A program made the position numbers and the translations under genes. The notes below the pieces were generated by a model. That model did no database searches. It saw only the letters and a program-made list of their open reading frames with translations, and was not told the origin of the DNA. 64,000 nucleotides of DNA, from assembly GCA_012295275.1 (NCBI GenBank), contig CM022665.1, forward strand, positions 33,728,001 through 33,792,000, read 5' to 3'. The DNA is from Chrysomallon squamiferum (Eukaryota > Animalia > Mollusca). Shown here one piece after another: positions 12,754 through 25,862 of this stretch (position 1 is its first letter; every line of letters begins with the position of its first letter).

Positions 12754-15700
12754 GTCCAGTATTTTTTATGCATTGCAGTGGTAGAACTGATGTTTGATCA
12801 AACAGTAATAGTCATCATCATCAGATCATTTATAATTTTCATCATCCTGTTATTTAAACCTTCATTACAACATTATTTATAACCCTTACATCAGTGATCA
12901 CAAAATAGAATTAAAGTTGTGACCCTCCAGCATCAAATTTTAAAGCTTCATTTTGGATAATGGCATCTTTTTCTCTTAACTTTTTTACCCAAGCACTTTT
13001 AACTGAATCAAGAAGCCAATTTTAGGCCACTTTCTTGCTCTTTTTAAAAGATAATTTCATCAAACTTTACTTTTGCATTTTCATATTCATTTATAAACTT
13101 TTTTTTTTCTCTCACTACCTGATTCAAATGTTTTTATAAATTAAAACTCTGAAATTGGCAATACATTTTTTTCCACTTTTTTATCACTTTTATTTCCTCC
13201 TTTTTTTTTTTTTGGGGGGGGAGAGGGTTTGCGTTGTTTTTTTTGTTTTTTTGTTTTTTTTTGGAGCTGCTGACAAAACCTTCAATAATATATTATATGG
13301 ACTTAAGTATGCTATTTTCAGAATGTTTAAAATATTAGTAGGCCATTTTAAGATCTCAGATCACTAAAGTCCTCAGAAATTCAGGTTATTAACTAATTGT
13401 TTATCTCTCCACATTAATTACCTACAGGTATAAATTTTACAAATAATACTTGTCTTTTATTCTTTATCAGAGGTTCATCTGGTTTTAGGTAAGTTTCATT
13501 AAATTTCTAGTTACCAAATGGTCATGATCCTCAGAATCAGATATTATTAACTAATTATGTATCTTACTTAATTTTTTCTTAGTGAACATAACTGGCTCAT
13601 ACATTTTAATATCATTATAGTTTCAAGAACACTTTATCCACAGATCATCAGGATTTTTATTTGTGTCAAAAGTTACTAATTGGTCATGATCCTCAGAAGT
13701 AAAGTTATTAATTAATAGTTTTTATGTCTTTGTTTTCATTAGAGATCGTAACAGCCTCATACATTTTAAAATCATTATATGTTTAGTAACACTCTATGAA
13801 TTGTTCTTTTAGGTATTCAGCATGTATGTAAAGATCTCAGATTTCCAAATGCTGATAGTCTAAATATCCTTTAGGAATCATAATAGGATTGTTATACTAT
13901 TTTTCTTTCAATAAATATAAAAGGTTTGGTTATCCATGGTATGTTTTATCGAATGATTTATATTTGTTGCCTTTTGAATAATTGTTTATTTTAGACCTTC
14001 AGTTTCTAATCTTGTTCCCACTTTTGCAAATATAATGGATTTATCAACTGGATTCAGAGAAGAATCGAATACTTGTTAGTTTAAACAAAGTTATCAGTAT
14101 AAATGTTATCTCCATTGTATCAATACGTGTTCAACTCGTTCATTGAATTGATTTTTCTCACACTGTTTTGTTACAGGAACTGTTACACAATTTTGTGTTA
14201 TTTCATATCTAAACTAGTGTCTTCTTGTACCAAGCATGTCTAAAATATTCCTCTATGATTTAAATCAAACTTAATTTAAAATGGCCCAATGAATACAGAG
14301 AGTAACTGTAAACTGATTCATTAATTATTAATTTTTGTCCACAATGAACTTGTCCTCCTTGTACAATTTCAAGTTAAGTCTGAATTGTTTTGTATTTTAA
14401 ATGGTAAAAAAAATAAAGTGAGCAACTACACACTTGTTCAAAAACTATTAATTTTTTGTCCAGTCAACTGATATGTATTTTAAGTTGGTCAGTCTAACAG
14501 ATCAGAATTAAGTTTATCAAGATTTTTACAATAGGCTTATTGTTTACAACACTGTAATGGCTATTTTAGACTGACCTTTTCCAAACTGGATGTTGTTTTG
14601 TATGCAGATTCATTCACTTTACATCTTTATGATTGAGATACCGAAAATTGTTAACTTCATTAGTGTTTGATTTTTAATTTGATATTATTTCATGTCACTA
14701 AAAACAGAGTTCAGTTCCCAGAGATGTTTTTATCAAATTATCTGCTATGTAGCAAAACACACTGACAATAAGTTCATGGAACATCACATTAACTTTTCTC
14801 AAGTAACATCACATTAACTTTTAAGCTAATAGTAGCTGTAATTTCAATAGACAACATCATAAACTTATGAACTATTCCTAGGGCACTGGACTTGTTCTTT
14901 ATATCGATTTAGCTTGACATCGTCATAAGTTTAAATTTAATTTTGTTTAAAATATGTTTCACTGAATTTTTCTTGCTTTGTGTTTTTGTTATGAACATGA
15001 CAATGACATTGTGTTTGTTATCTCAGTGTAAACGTCTTTGAATAAAAAAATTGTAATAATTAAAATAAATGCCAGATTACTGTAATGTTAATGACACTAT
15101 TGGAAGAAAAAGAAAATGTAACTTAAAAAAAATCAGAATGTTTCTAAATTAAAGGAATGTAGATGTTATTTTTCTTTCTAGATACTTTGTTAATAAATAT
15201 ATTTCTCTTATTAATAAATTTAACGTTTTAAATAAGGAATTCATTTCTCTCCTAATCAAAGAGATGGTAATTTCAGATAAAATGTGTTATGAATGTTCTT
15301 GTATGTAACATAATAGCATAAAGTAATAAACTATATCTTACACACATCTGTAGTTTTTCTCTATGCTAACAGATGATACAAACAATATTGTAAGTTTACA
15401 AATAACTGGTATCACTGGATTTATCTTTGAATAATATACAATCATACACAAGCACTTTTTCACACAGAACTTGCATACTTAAAAGAACACTTTTTTCATC
15501 TTTTATATAATTCTTGTTGTTCTTGTTACTGTAATGATAATGATCATTGTTATTATTATTTCTTTTATCATCACTATTATCATTATCATCATCATTATTT
15601 TTTATTGTTAATATCATTATCATTATTATTATTATTAGTTATACATTTTTCAGTTAGTAAAAACATTAGTGTCAAATACTGTATACTTCTAACAATAAAC

Positions 15701-16327
15701 AGCTTAATGATAGAAAGACAACAACACTTGGATATTTTACACCAACAATGAAGCTAGTTCATTGATTATTCTGCAGATAAAAGGTGTTGTTCAGTATTTG
15801 TTAATCACAGCTGTCAGTTGAAATCCACAACCATCACATTACCTTACCTTTGTAAAATCATAACAATCATAAAATATTGACAAATTGTCTTTTACCTTAA
15901 CAAAAATGGGAAAGCAGTTAAAGTAGATAAAGTTTAAATGAGACGTCAATGTTCACCATGGCAACATCAAAGTCAATTTTTACTGATGAGAGTCCATTTT
16001 CTGATGTTTAGATTCTTCATGTTAAATATTTTTGTATAAAATTGATTAAGTATTTGGTATTAACTTGTTTGAGAATTTAGTGTGAGATCCATTGTTTGTA
16101 CACAAAATAAAAGTGAAAATCAGAAATTAATATAAATACTTTTCTTCTCTGGTTTAAATTAGTTGCTTCACGTGTGTGTGTGTGTGTGAAATGTAATGTA
16201 GCATGTTCTGCTGAGATACATAATTCTTCCAACATCATCATAAAATGTTATTATCATGTAAAACATTATTTATCATGTAAAAACATCTCATTACCACATA
16301 AAACATCATCATTGTTATGTAAAACAC

Positions 16328-16454
16328 AAATTATATGGACACAGTAATAATATTTTCATGGTAATGATGAAATTTTACATAGTCATAATGATATCATGAC
16401 TATGTAAAATTTCATCATTACCATGAAAATATTATTATTGTGTCCATATAATTT
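16328..16454. repeat. Near-perfect inverted repeat, about 59-bp arms, 9-nt spacer
   Basis: aaattatatggacacagtaataatattttcatggtaatgatgaaattttacatagtcat and its reverse complement, with one mismatch. Confidence 0.96.
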
Positions 16455-16602
16455 TAATTTTATTGCAGTAGCAACTATCAGGATGTTTTATCTGTTATAT
16501 ACATAAATCAGATTTTAATATGTTGTAATGTTTTTGCACATCAGTGATAAAATAATTTTAGAAATAGTTTCTTTTAAATATTTAATGGTTTGTTTTTTGC
16601 AG

Positions 16603-16680
16603 GGTTCACAGACAGGTACACCAGTTACACTCCGTGTTGACAAGAATGGCTATATCTTATTCTGGAGGGACCAAAACAAG
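16603..16680 (+). CDS. PLCB: PLC-beta exon (78 nt, phase 0-0), PH domain: [26 protein letters not shown]
   Basis: ttttttgcag| acceptor, AAG|gtattt donor; resembles the PLCB PH segment ending WxDQNK. Confidence 0.93.
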
Positions 16681-16953
16681 GTATTTAGAAATATACACAC
16701 ACACATAAAGACACTCACATTTTGGCTGAGATCAAAATCTCAGCATTTATCATTCTCTTTTTGTATTAGAACCTGACATCTTTGTTTTTCAGAAGACTCA
16801 CATGAAATGTTTCTTTATAAATAATGCAATCATTTAAAATGACCTGTAAAAATAAAAATGTTTTATGATGATGTTTTACATCTTTGAAAGTGATATAAAT
16901 ATATCATTAAATAAATAAGAATACATACATTTGTATTAACACTAACACACAAA

Positions 16954-17000
<47 letters not shown>

Positions 17001-20000
17001 TTCTTATGTACATTCACAAATGTATGCATACATATATGCATATACACATACATGTAACTTTCCCTGGACATGAAAGAATACACTCTGGTCTTTAGAAAAA
17101 TCCCAAACAAAAAAGAAAAGAAAAGAAAAAAGATAGTACCAACGTTGATACATAAAATAGGTATGTTACAAAAATATTCATCTCTAAGATACCAGAAAAT
17201 GTCCTGTTTCATTGGATAAGAAAGAAACAAAATGAGACCTAATTTTTTTAAATATCTTGAAAATTGAGTTATGGCAATTTCAGCTGCTGGAAAATGTACA
17301 GATTTTTTCCTATTGTTTTATTTTGTCAATTGGCTAATTACTGTGATACAGAGTAAAAGAAAGAAAAAAAAAATGACAACATTTTTTGTTTAGTTGAAGC
17401 CAAAGGAAACATCAACAAAAAATGAAAAATCACTGAAAACAGAATTAAAGGATAAACAAAAGCATTCATGTAGTTTATAAATAAGGTAAACAAACACTCT
17501 CAACCAATCAGAAGGCAGCATTTGGTTGATGTGTCCTTATTCCTTCAGAAACCAAGACCATTACCATAACAATGAATTGTGTTCAACATGGTTTGCCATT
17601 GAACAAACCATGTTCATAACATTAGATTTCCATGAAAGTTGGCAGAAAGAAAGTTAAATAAAATATCTATTGAAAGCATGTGTATTTTTTTTAAAAATCG
17701 CTTACCTGCTAAGCTTACTTGGATGACTTTTTAAGGCAAATTTTAAACTTTTTTCACAAGAATATTGGAGATGTTTATGTTTAATAGAAATTAAATTTTC
17801 GAAAGTGAAGATGCATCGAAATGTGTGCAGAACATCATCAAAAAAGATTTATTCTTAGAAATGTATTTATAAGCTGTCAGGAGGCCATTTTCTGAGGGTC
17901 CTCTCTCCGTCCACTGCTACTCGAGAATGACATTATCAGTGATCATTGGAAAAGCTGAGATAGCAGAAAGTGCATACTTGTAACATTGCTACTAAAACTG
18001 TAAGCTAGAAAGGCAGAATTTATTAATCTGTATTATGAAATGATATAGACTGTCAGTCATGTTATTCTGAACTGTTATGATTTGCGAGAAAAACAGAATT
18101 TGTTAATCTGTGTTATGAAATGATGTGCTCATTCTGTCATATAGATTGTTAATTATGTTATTTTGGGCATTTATGAACTATAAATATCTTGTAAGATTAG
18201 ATGAAAAATCTATAAAAGTAGGATTTGTTCAGCCGTTTATGAAATGATGACTTAATGTTATCTCATACATGATATACCAAAACTGGTTATTTTATGTTGT
18301 TAATTATCCATAAAGATCTGTTCAATGTAGATAAGACATCAGAAAAACAGAATTTATGGTCTGAAACAATGATTTTACACTATCATCAAGCAGATTGTTA
18401 ATCCACTCTGAAAACTGATTATTTTAGTTTGTTAATTATCCATAAAGATTTTTTGGTGAAGATAACATTACTGGGAAAAAAAAATTGTTTAGCTACATTA
18501 TGAAATTATCATCTTAACATTAATCCAGTTCCAAAAAACAATATTTTACACCATGATATCCACGAAAAAAAATTCTGTGTAGATAACATTAGTGAGAAAA
18601 AACCATTTGTTCAGCTATATGATAAAATTATGACTTCATGCAACCATCACATGTTAGTTCAGCCTTAAAAGTTTAGGCAATTATTATCCATAAAGATCTT
18701 TTCAGTGCATATATGACCCTGTGAAAACAGGAGTTTGTTAAGGCGTTATAAAATGAAGATAGCCATGTCATAAAAATGAAGATAGCTATGTTATAAAAAT
18801 GAAGTAGCCATATTGTAAAATGAAGGTAGCCATATTATAAAAGAAAGATATCTATGTTACAAAAATGAAGACTTCTTTGTTGGAGATTGTACAAAACAAA
18901 GCTCACTAACTAGTGTATAATACAGACAATAAAAACAGAGAACAGTCCTTTAATAATGACCATGCAATTTCATGAGTGAAAGAGGCCCTGTTCAATAAAT
19001 GATTGGAGAACTGTTTTATGAGTTTGTTATTTCTAGCATGTTTTGTATTAGGAAAAATGCAAATTTAGTTATTAAATGATTTGTGAATAGCACATAATAA
19101 ATAACTAACAGCATATATCATTTCCATATATAATAATAATGATAATGAAGATTATGATTAAGATAATAATGATGATGATGATATTGTGATGTTGTTTTTA
19201 AAAGTACTAGCAAACAGTGTTATTTTTTGTGACAGTATTCAAGATTCCAAATATCCCAGTACAAAAGCAAGCTTGCAATAATTCAGGTTACTATTTTTAG
19301 TATTATTTTTAAATTCAGATTATTTTTAAATATTATATTTGTTTGGTTTGGGCTGTATATTTAATGAAGGGGATCAGACATTAATTTTCAGTTTGTACCA
19401 GTATTTGATTTTAGAAAAAATATTTTACAAAAATAAAAAAAATGTAATGAAGTGCATTAAAATCTTACCTATATGGAAATATTTAAACTTTTGTTCAGTA
19501 TTATTTATTTATTTATTTATTCTCACCTAATGATTTAGCATCAGTTAACACATGTTGATTCTCTGCTAAAAAAAACATATCAGTACACCTGTTGAAAAAT
19601 TAAGAAACATTTGTGACATTCTGTTACAAACCATACTGATAAAAATTAAACAGTTATCATTTTAGTAAAATTGTGATTCTTTACTGCCAAAAAATATATA
19701 GAAATTCTAATAGTAATGTGATTAGAATTCTGTTTTTTGATCTTAGTAAACAGTATTTGTTTTAAATACTGGTTTGCTATTGTTTTCTACCACAAACTTC
19801 ATTATCATGATGTTTTTATAACCCATCATGGTGCATGTACTTGATCTTTCTACATTTGGATGTTTTATTACTGAATATAAAATGTAATGTTTGAGCTATT
19901 GAATTGTAACAATACTCAAACAGGTTTTTATTTGTTTTAACATTCTCTGACTGGCAGTAGTATCTATGATAGCAACATATCCTGTCAAAGGCATGGCCAA

Positions 20001-20757
20001 TCACTGTTATGAAAACTTTGATACCTTTTTTGTGCTTATTTTAAGCTTTTTCAGAGAAAAATTAGTACCTTCCAGTAATTTATAATCTATATATATATAT
20101 ATGTGTATAATGTTATGTATATATTTTATACCAGTGCATAAAAAAAAATAATGTTCATTTTGAAATCTCTGTTTACAAGTCCCATCATGTGGATGTTTTA
20201 CCAGAATGGCAGTAGCTGAACAATGGATAACACAACAGCCACTCTTGAGCTGTAAAAATCACTGAATTGAACAGATAATTATATTTTTGATGTGAAGTGT
20301 GAAGTTTGATTGGTCAGTGTCTAGACACATGTCTGTTACCAAGTGTTCTAACAAGTACTTGATGAAAATTCTAAAGTTACTGTTTCAGTGTTATCAATTA
20401 TTTCAAGAGAAAACATGAATATTAATTATTATAAGCTTATCTCCATTGCCACTGTGATGTTTCAATGTCTCAGATAATAGATACATCATCACAACAAAGC
20501 CAAAACAAAATAACATCATGGCTGCTCCTTTTGTTTTGTAATTTGAAGCTATGGAAATTACTCATACCAAATTTTATAAATTCAACAAATCACCATAATT
20601 TTATATCTTTATTCTTCTCTGTCTGGCTACCAGACTTTCACTTTTTTCGCTCTTTCTCTCTGTCATCCTATTTTTTTTCCCCTTTCTAGCTATCAGACTT
20701 ACACTCTGTCTCTTTCTCTCCCTCTCTCTTGAGATATCCGATTTTCACACTCCCTCC

Positions 20758-20793
<36 letters not shown>

Positions 20794-23700
20794 CTTTATG
20801 TAGTATGAACCAGAAATTAGTTTTTGATAAACTGTCTATTATTATGAAGAAACAGCAGTTGGATGAGTTGTCATGGCAGTGTAAAAATATGTTATTTACT
20901 TTTGTTCACAGTGGTAAAATTAATTACCGTATATACTTGTGTATAAGTCGAATTTTTGGGAGACTATATTAAGGTAATATTTTGGGGGTCGACTTATACA
21001 TAGGTAATGCTTTTGTAGCTGTTGCTGAAGAGTCGCCATTTTGACTATTTTTTGCTATGGGATGCATCTAAAACAATCGCGGTCTTTCAGCTTTTCAAAA
21101 ATATAATTTTATCGTATAAAAAATTTGGAAAAATTAAATAACAAAACCAAATATGAATGTAAAACATGATATTCTTCCGTTTAATGACATAAAAATACAT
21201 TTTAAAGCGAGAAAACCGTCAGTATGGCGTTATGCCTTACGGCGTCTTGCAATGATCTAGGAATGCAGACTTCTCTGCCAAATTGCACTAAATATCGGTC
21301 CTAATTTCATAAACAAAACTCACTTGTGTAATTGTAAAGAATTTGGTGAAATAATATTGCAATCGTCATTAATATCCACTACCGACAAATCGAAAACAAA
21401 CTAAATTTCTATAAACGTTCTGCAACAAAAATCAGTTCAACTTCTCGCCATATTTGTTATTCTAGTCAGTTGCCAAGTGCGCGAAGCCTCGGCCAATTAG
21501 CGCGCTAGGAATAGGATCGGGGGCGTGTCTTGTAGCAGAGTTTCGATAGAAAAAAATATTGCTGAGGTTCCGAAATTATCTTACTTTGAATTGCACGTGC
21601 AAGTTACAGCTCGTGCAAGTTATGTTACAGTAGGCGCACAATGTAGGCCTTTATGGCACTGTCACACTGGTCTAAAAATAGTGAGGGCAAGGGCAACCTT
21701 TTTCGAGAAGCGGGCCATATGACACATGGCACATCCACAGGCGGGCTGCAGGTACTAATTTAGGCGATTCTGGAGAATCGCATGTGAAGGAGGTAACTCT
21801 GTATCAATGATTAGCTATTCCGGCTGCGGAAGCCCTTACATGTCAAAATAAACTCTTTTTTTTAAGAAATTTTTCATTTTCATTTACTTCAGGAACTGTT
21901 ATAATAAAAAAAATTACATGTGTTTTAGTGTATTTGTAGATACAAAATTGACTCATTTTATAAAAAAAACACAAACAAATTTTAATACAATAAATTAATT
22001 ATAAATATGAATTTTTAATAAATACAATGAATGAATACCAATGACTGAAGATATATCAGTAGAAATGAAATAGGGTCATTTTATTAAAAAAAATTTTTAT
22101 ACATGAGTCTATTTTATTTCTACTAACATACTGAAACAAATTTAGATTTTCAATTATAACAGTTCCTGAAGTAAAGGAAAATGAAAAATTTCTTTAAATA
22201 AATACTTCGGAAAAACACAAATTTATTTTGATGCCTCTGCAACCAAAATAGCTAATTGTTGATACAGAGTTACCCTCTTTGCACACACATTAAAAAAAAG
22301 AAGGGAAGTAACTCAGTGAAATTAGACAGGCCACTCAGAAAGCTGCGTGGGCGACAGTTTGCCCAGGACTGTAATAGATCTTGCCTTTGAATTAAAAGAT
22401 ATTTTCAGACAAAGATTTCAATTTAAGATACCTTTATTGCTGTGTTTACATACATAACAGTTTATGTTGATATATGTTGTTTTGTTTCTGAATTAATTTT
22501 TTAAAAATCTAAATTTTCTTATTATAGGAAATGGATTTTCTGGATATTTTACTCATCAGAGATGCAAGACAAGGAAAACATGCAAAAGTCCCAAAGGTAA
22601 TGAGATTTCTATAAAACTTTTATTACAGGGGCATTCCTGCCAAATATTAGCATTATTGAGGAGAATGATTCATATGTTTAAACAAACAAACCATTTAGCA
22701 ACTTAAAACATTCTTAATTGTAAAACTAATTTTTAAATAAAAAATTTTTCCATGTTTTAATCATAATAAACAACACTTTTAGTAGATCTCCATGGCTTTT
22801 CACTAGTTACAACTGTCTTCAGTACTTGAAACAGTAAAAGATATTTTTAAAATCATTTGACATGCTGCACCCATTAAACCCTGGAAAGGATGAATTCATG
22901 ATTAATCTGTTGTCTCCTAATAATACTACTAATAAAATAATGATTTAGAAAACTAAAATAAGTGGACTGATAATACCAATGTCAGTAGTAAAGACCAGAT
23001 GTAAATAACTGTAAATCTGATACTAAAATAGTTTCCAGCTTTCAGTATTCATTAGTACTATGTAACAATATTATTCTGACTCCAGTGAACTATTTATAGT
23101 GCAAAAATAACTGACCCTCATAGTCACAAAATCCATCATATTTTAACTATTTTATGAATTAAATATGTCAAAATATTTGTCATTAAATATATCAATAAAC
23201 TCATCATTAAATACACCAGCAGTAATGTGCCATTTAATACCACTTCAATAACAGGCTTGTGTCAAATTTAATACTGTGGATCAGAAAATATTAATGACCT
23301 TCACATTTAGATGAAACTGGTGACATACTGGAAATAGAGAACATAGCTAGGTCAGCATATCAAACACTGGTAAAAACAAGCTGATTTTGATGCTGTGTAA
23401 AACACAAAATTTCCAGCTGTAATCTCAAAACATCTGAGTAAAGCTACTTATCTCTTTTTAATTTTAGTTTAAGAAAATAATTATAATAAAAATTTAAAAA
23501 CTAAAAAGAAATTATGGCATTAATAAACATCAGTCTTGAAATATTTTAATTGAATGCTATTTAATCTCAAAAGACAAAGATGACATTTTACCTTTTTCTA
23601 AAAGACAATATCCATCCTTGATATAAACACATTTTTACATCACTTCCAATTTGCAAATTTTATTTAATATACCCAGAAATGATTATGCACCAATAGTTGG

Positions 23701-25821
23701 AGCATTAGAAAAAAAGAGAAAAGAAAAGGAATCATAATCTTCTACATAGATTTTAAAATTTGCAGCAATGTAAAAAGCTGTTCAAACTAATAGCTTTTTG
23801 CAGTGTTTGAAAATAAGATAAATACAGTGTTTTCACATTCATATATTGATGTTACCTGGCAACAGGAATGCAAACAGTGAAAATCTGCATTAATAAATTC
23901 TGCAGGAAGAATACATTATCTGACACTTGTAAAAATAATTATTTAAAAAATATAACCACATGATTAGTTGTGATTGTCAATATTAAGAAATTACTTTAAT
24001 CAGGATTTGAAATCTGGATAAAAAGAGAATACCATTTTGAAAGAATAAATTAAGCATTGATTATTTTTTTATCTCTGGTTATCATACATAAAGGTAGTTT
24101 CACTGAGCAATTACAAAACATAAAAAAAGTATAATTCTGATTTAAGTGTTTCAAAAAAACAAAACAGAAAAAAAATAGTTTCCAGTTTGGTTAATTTGAT
24201 TTAAAAGACCACAGCCAAAATTCTCCAAGCACATATCTTTCTTCTTATGTTCTACCAATCAGCTTTTTCTTCCATTCTTTTTTCTTCCTTATTTAGATGC
24301 AGTGCAGGTTTTAATGAAAGTTTTTTTTTCTCTTGCAAATAATCAACAGTCTCTGGAAATGAATACCAGAAAAGTTTGCAAGATTCTAAGTACATTGGAA
24401 AGAAATTATTTTATAGTAATTATTTTTAAAAAATATTTAATATTATATACATAATTATGTAATAGTCTTTTAGATGTATTATTATTATTTTTTTTAATGA
24501 CATAAATATTATTGTGTAGCTAGGATTCAGCTTAAATTTAAATATTTAAGTGTTGTATTATAACATTGAAATTCTTGACTTATATCAGTCATTTTCTAAC
24601 AGACATTATGAAAAAAGGAATACTTATTTAAAAGTACATTTTTTAAATAATGTTTTTTTTGTTGTTTTTTGTTAAATAAAATCTTCTCAATTAAGGAATT
24701 CTGTTGCTGCCATGCTTTACATTATTTCTTTTTAATGGCAGAAGTAACAATTGAACATTATGGTAAACAGAAAATTTTAATGGCCTCAAATAATCATTTT
24801 TAATGATTGGAATTGGAAATGAAGAAAACTTTTAGCATCAGCAAGTATTGATCCTGAAACTCATGAGTGGTTTAATTTGCCAGTAACATTAAATCCTGTA
24901 TCCTGTTCCCAATTGGTAAGCCATTACTGGTCTATGAAAGACCTTGGCATGTATTGTCCTGTCTCTAGGAAGATGCTTTACTGCAAAAAAAAAAAAAAGA
25001 GTAGCCCATGACATGGCAGCAGCAGATTTCATCTCTCATTATCTGTATAATCTGTAACTTTGTGTGATGCCAAGTAACCACAGATTTTTATGTCTTTTTT
25101 TAATTTAATTTTATTTTTGTATCCTGTTTAGAACTTGGATAATTCATTGAAGAAAAAAAAATTAATTTTTCTTCTGTAGCTATTATTTGTTACGTTTGAT
25201 TTGATAATTATATTTTTCATCCTATTGTATTATGCAAACTTTTGTCAACCAAGCATGGTTTTAATAAGATAAATGTAAATAAGGAAGGAAATCTTTTTTG
25301 CTAGTGATCAGACACATTGGTTTTGAAATATAGTTATAAGTGATTTAAGTATCAATATACATCTTGATATATCCTAGGATTATATTTCTCTACTCATCTT
25401 GTTAATGTTCAGAAATATTGTGATTTTAATTTCTAAATATCTTTTCTCTGTATTGATGAATAATGTTCAAATATTGAATTTTTATATATATTTTTTATTC
25501 AATTAATCTAAATAATATTTACAAATATTATCATCTTAATGTTGAAATATCATTTGTCTCTATAATTAGATAATGTTTAAAATATTTCAATTTTAATTTG
25601 TATACAATTAGACATGTCTTATGAAAAAGGTTGTCTTTTTAATTTAGATATCGGCTGTATAATGTATGCCTGCTTTATTACAAAATGAATTCAGTTATTG
25701 ACATAAAAAATATGTCAGATCCAAATGACTTATTTTATTGGGTCTTAGTGCTGATGCTGAAATCTGAAACCTAATCAATACCTAGAAACTAATAAGATTT
25801 CAGTACATAAATCAATAGTTT

Positions 25822-25862
<41 letters not shown>

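Noticed and set aside
13471-13488. 18-nt segment between tctttatcag| and |gtaagt, a possible microexon or poison exon
   Set aside because: Reads RFIWF* in the expected phase 0 and lies inside a decayed ~150-bp tandem repeat whose other copies lack the sites; probably chance, though only RNA-seq can exclude it
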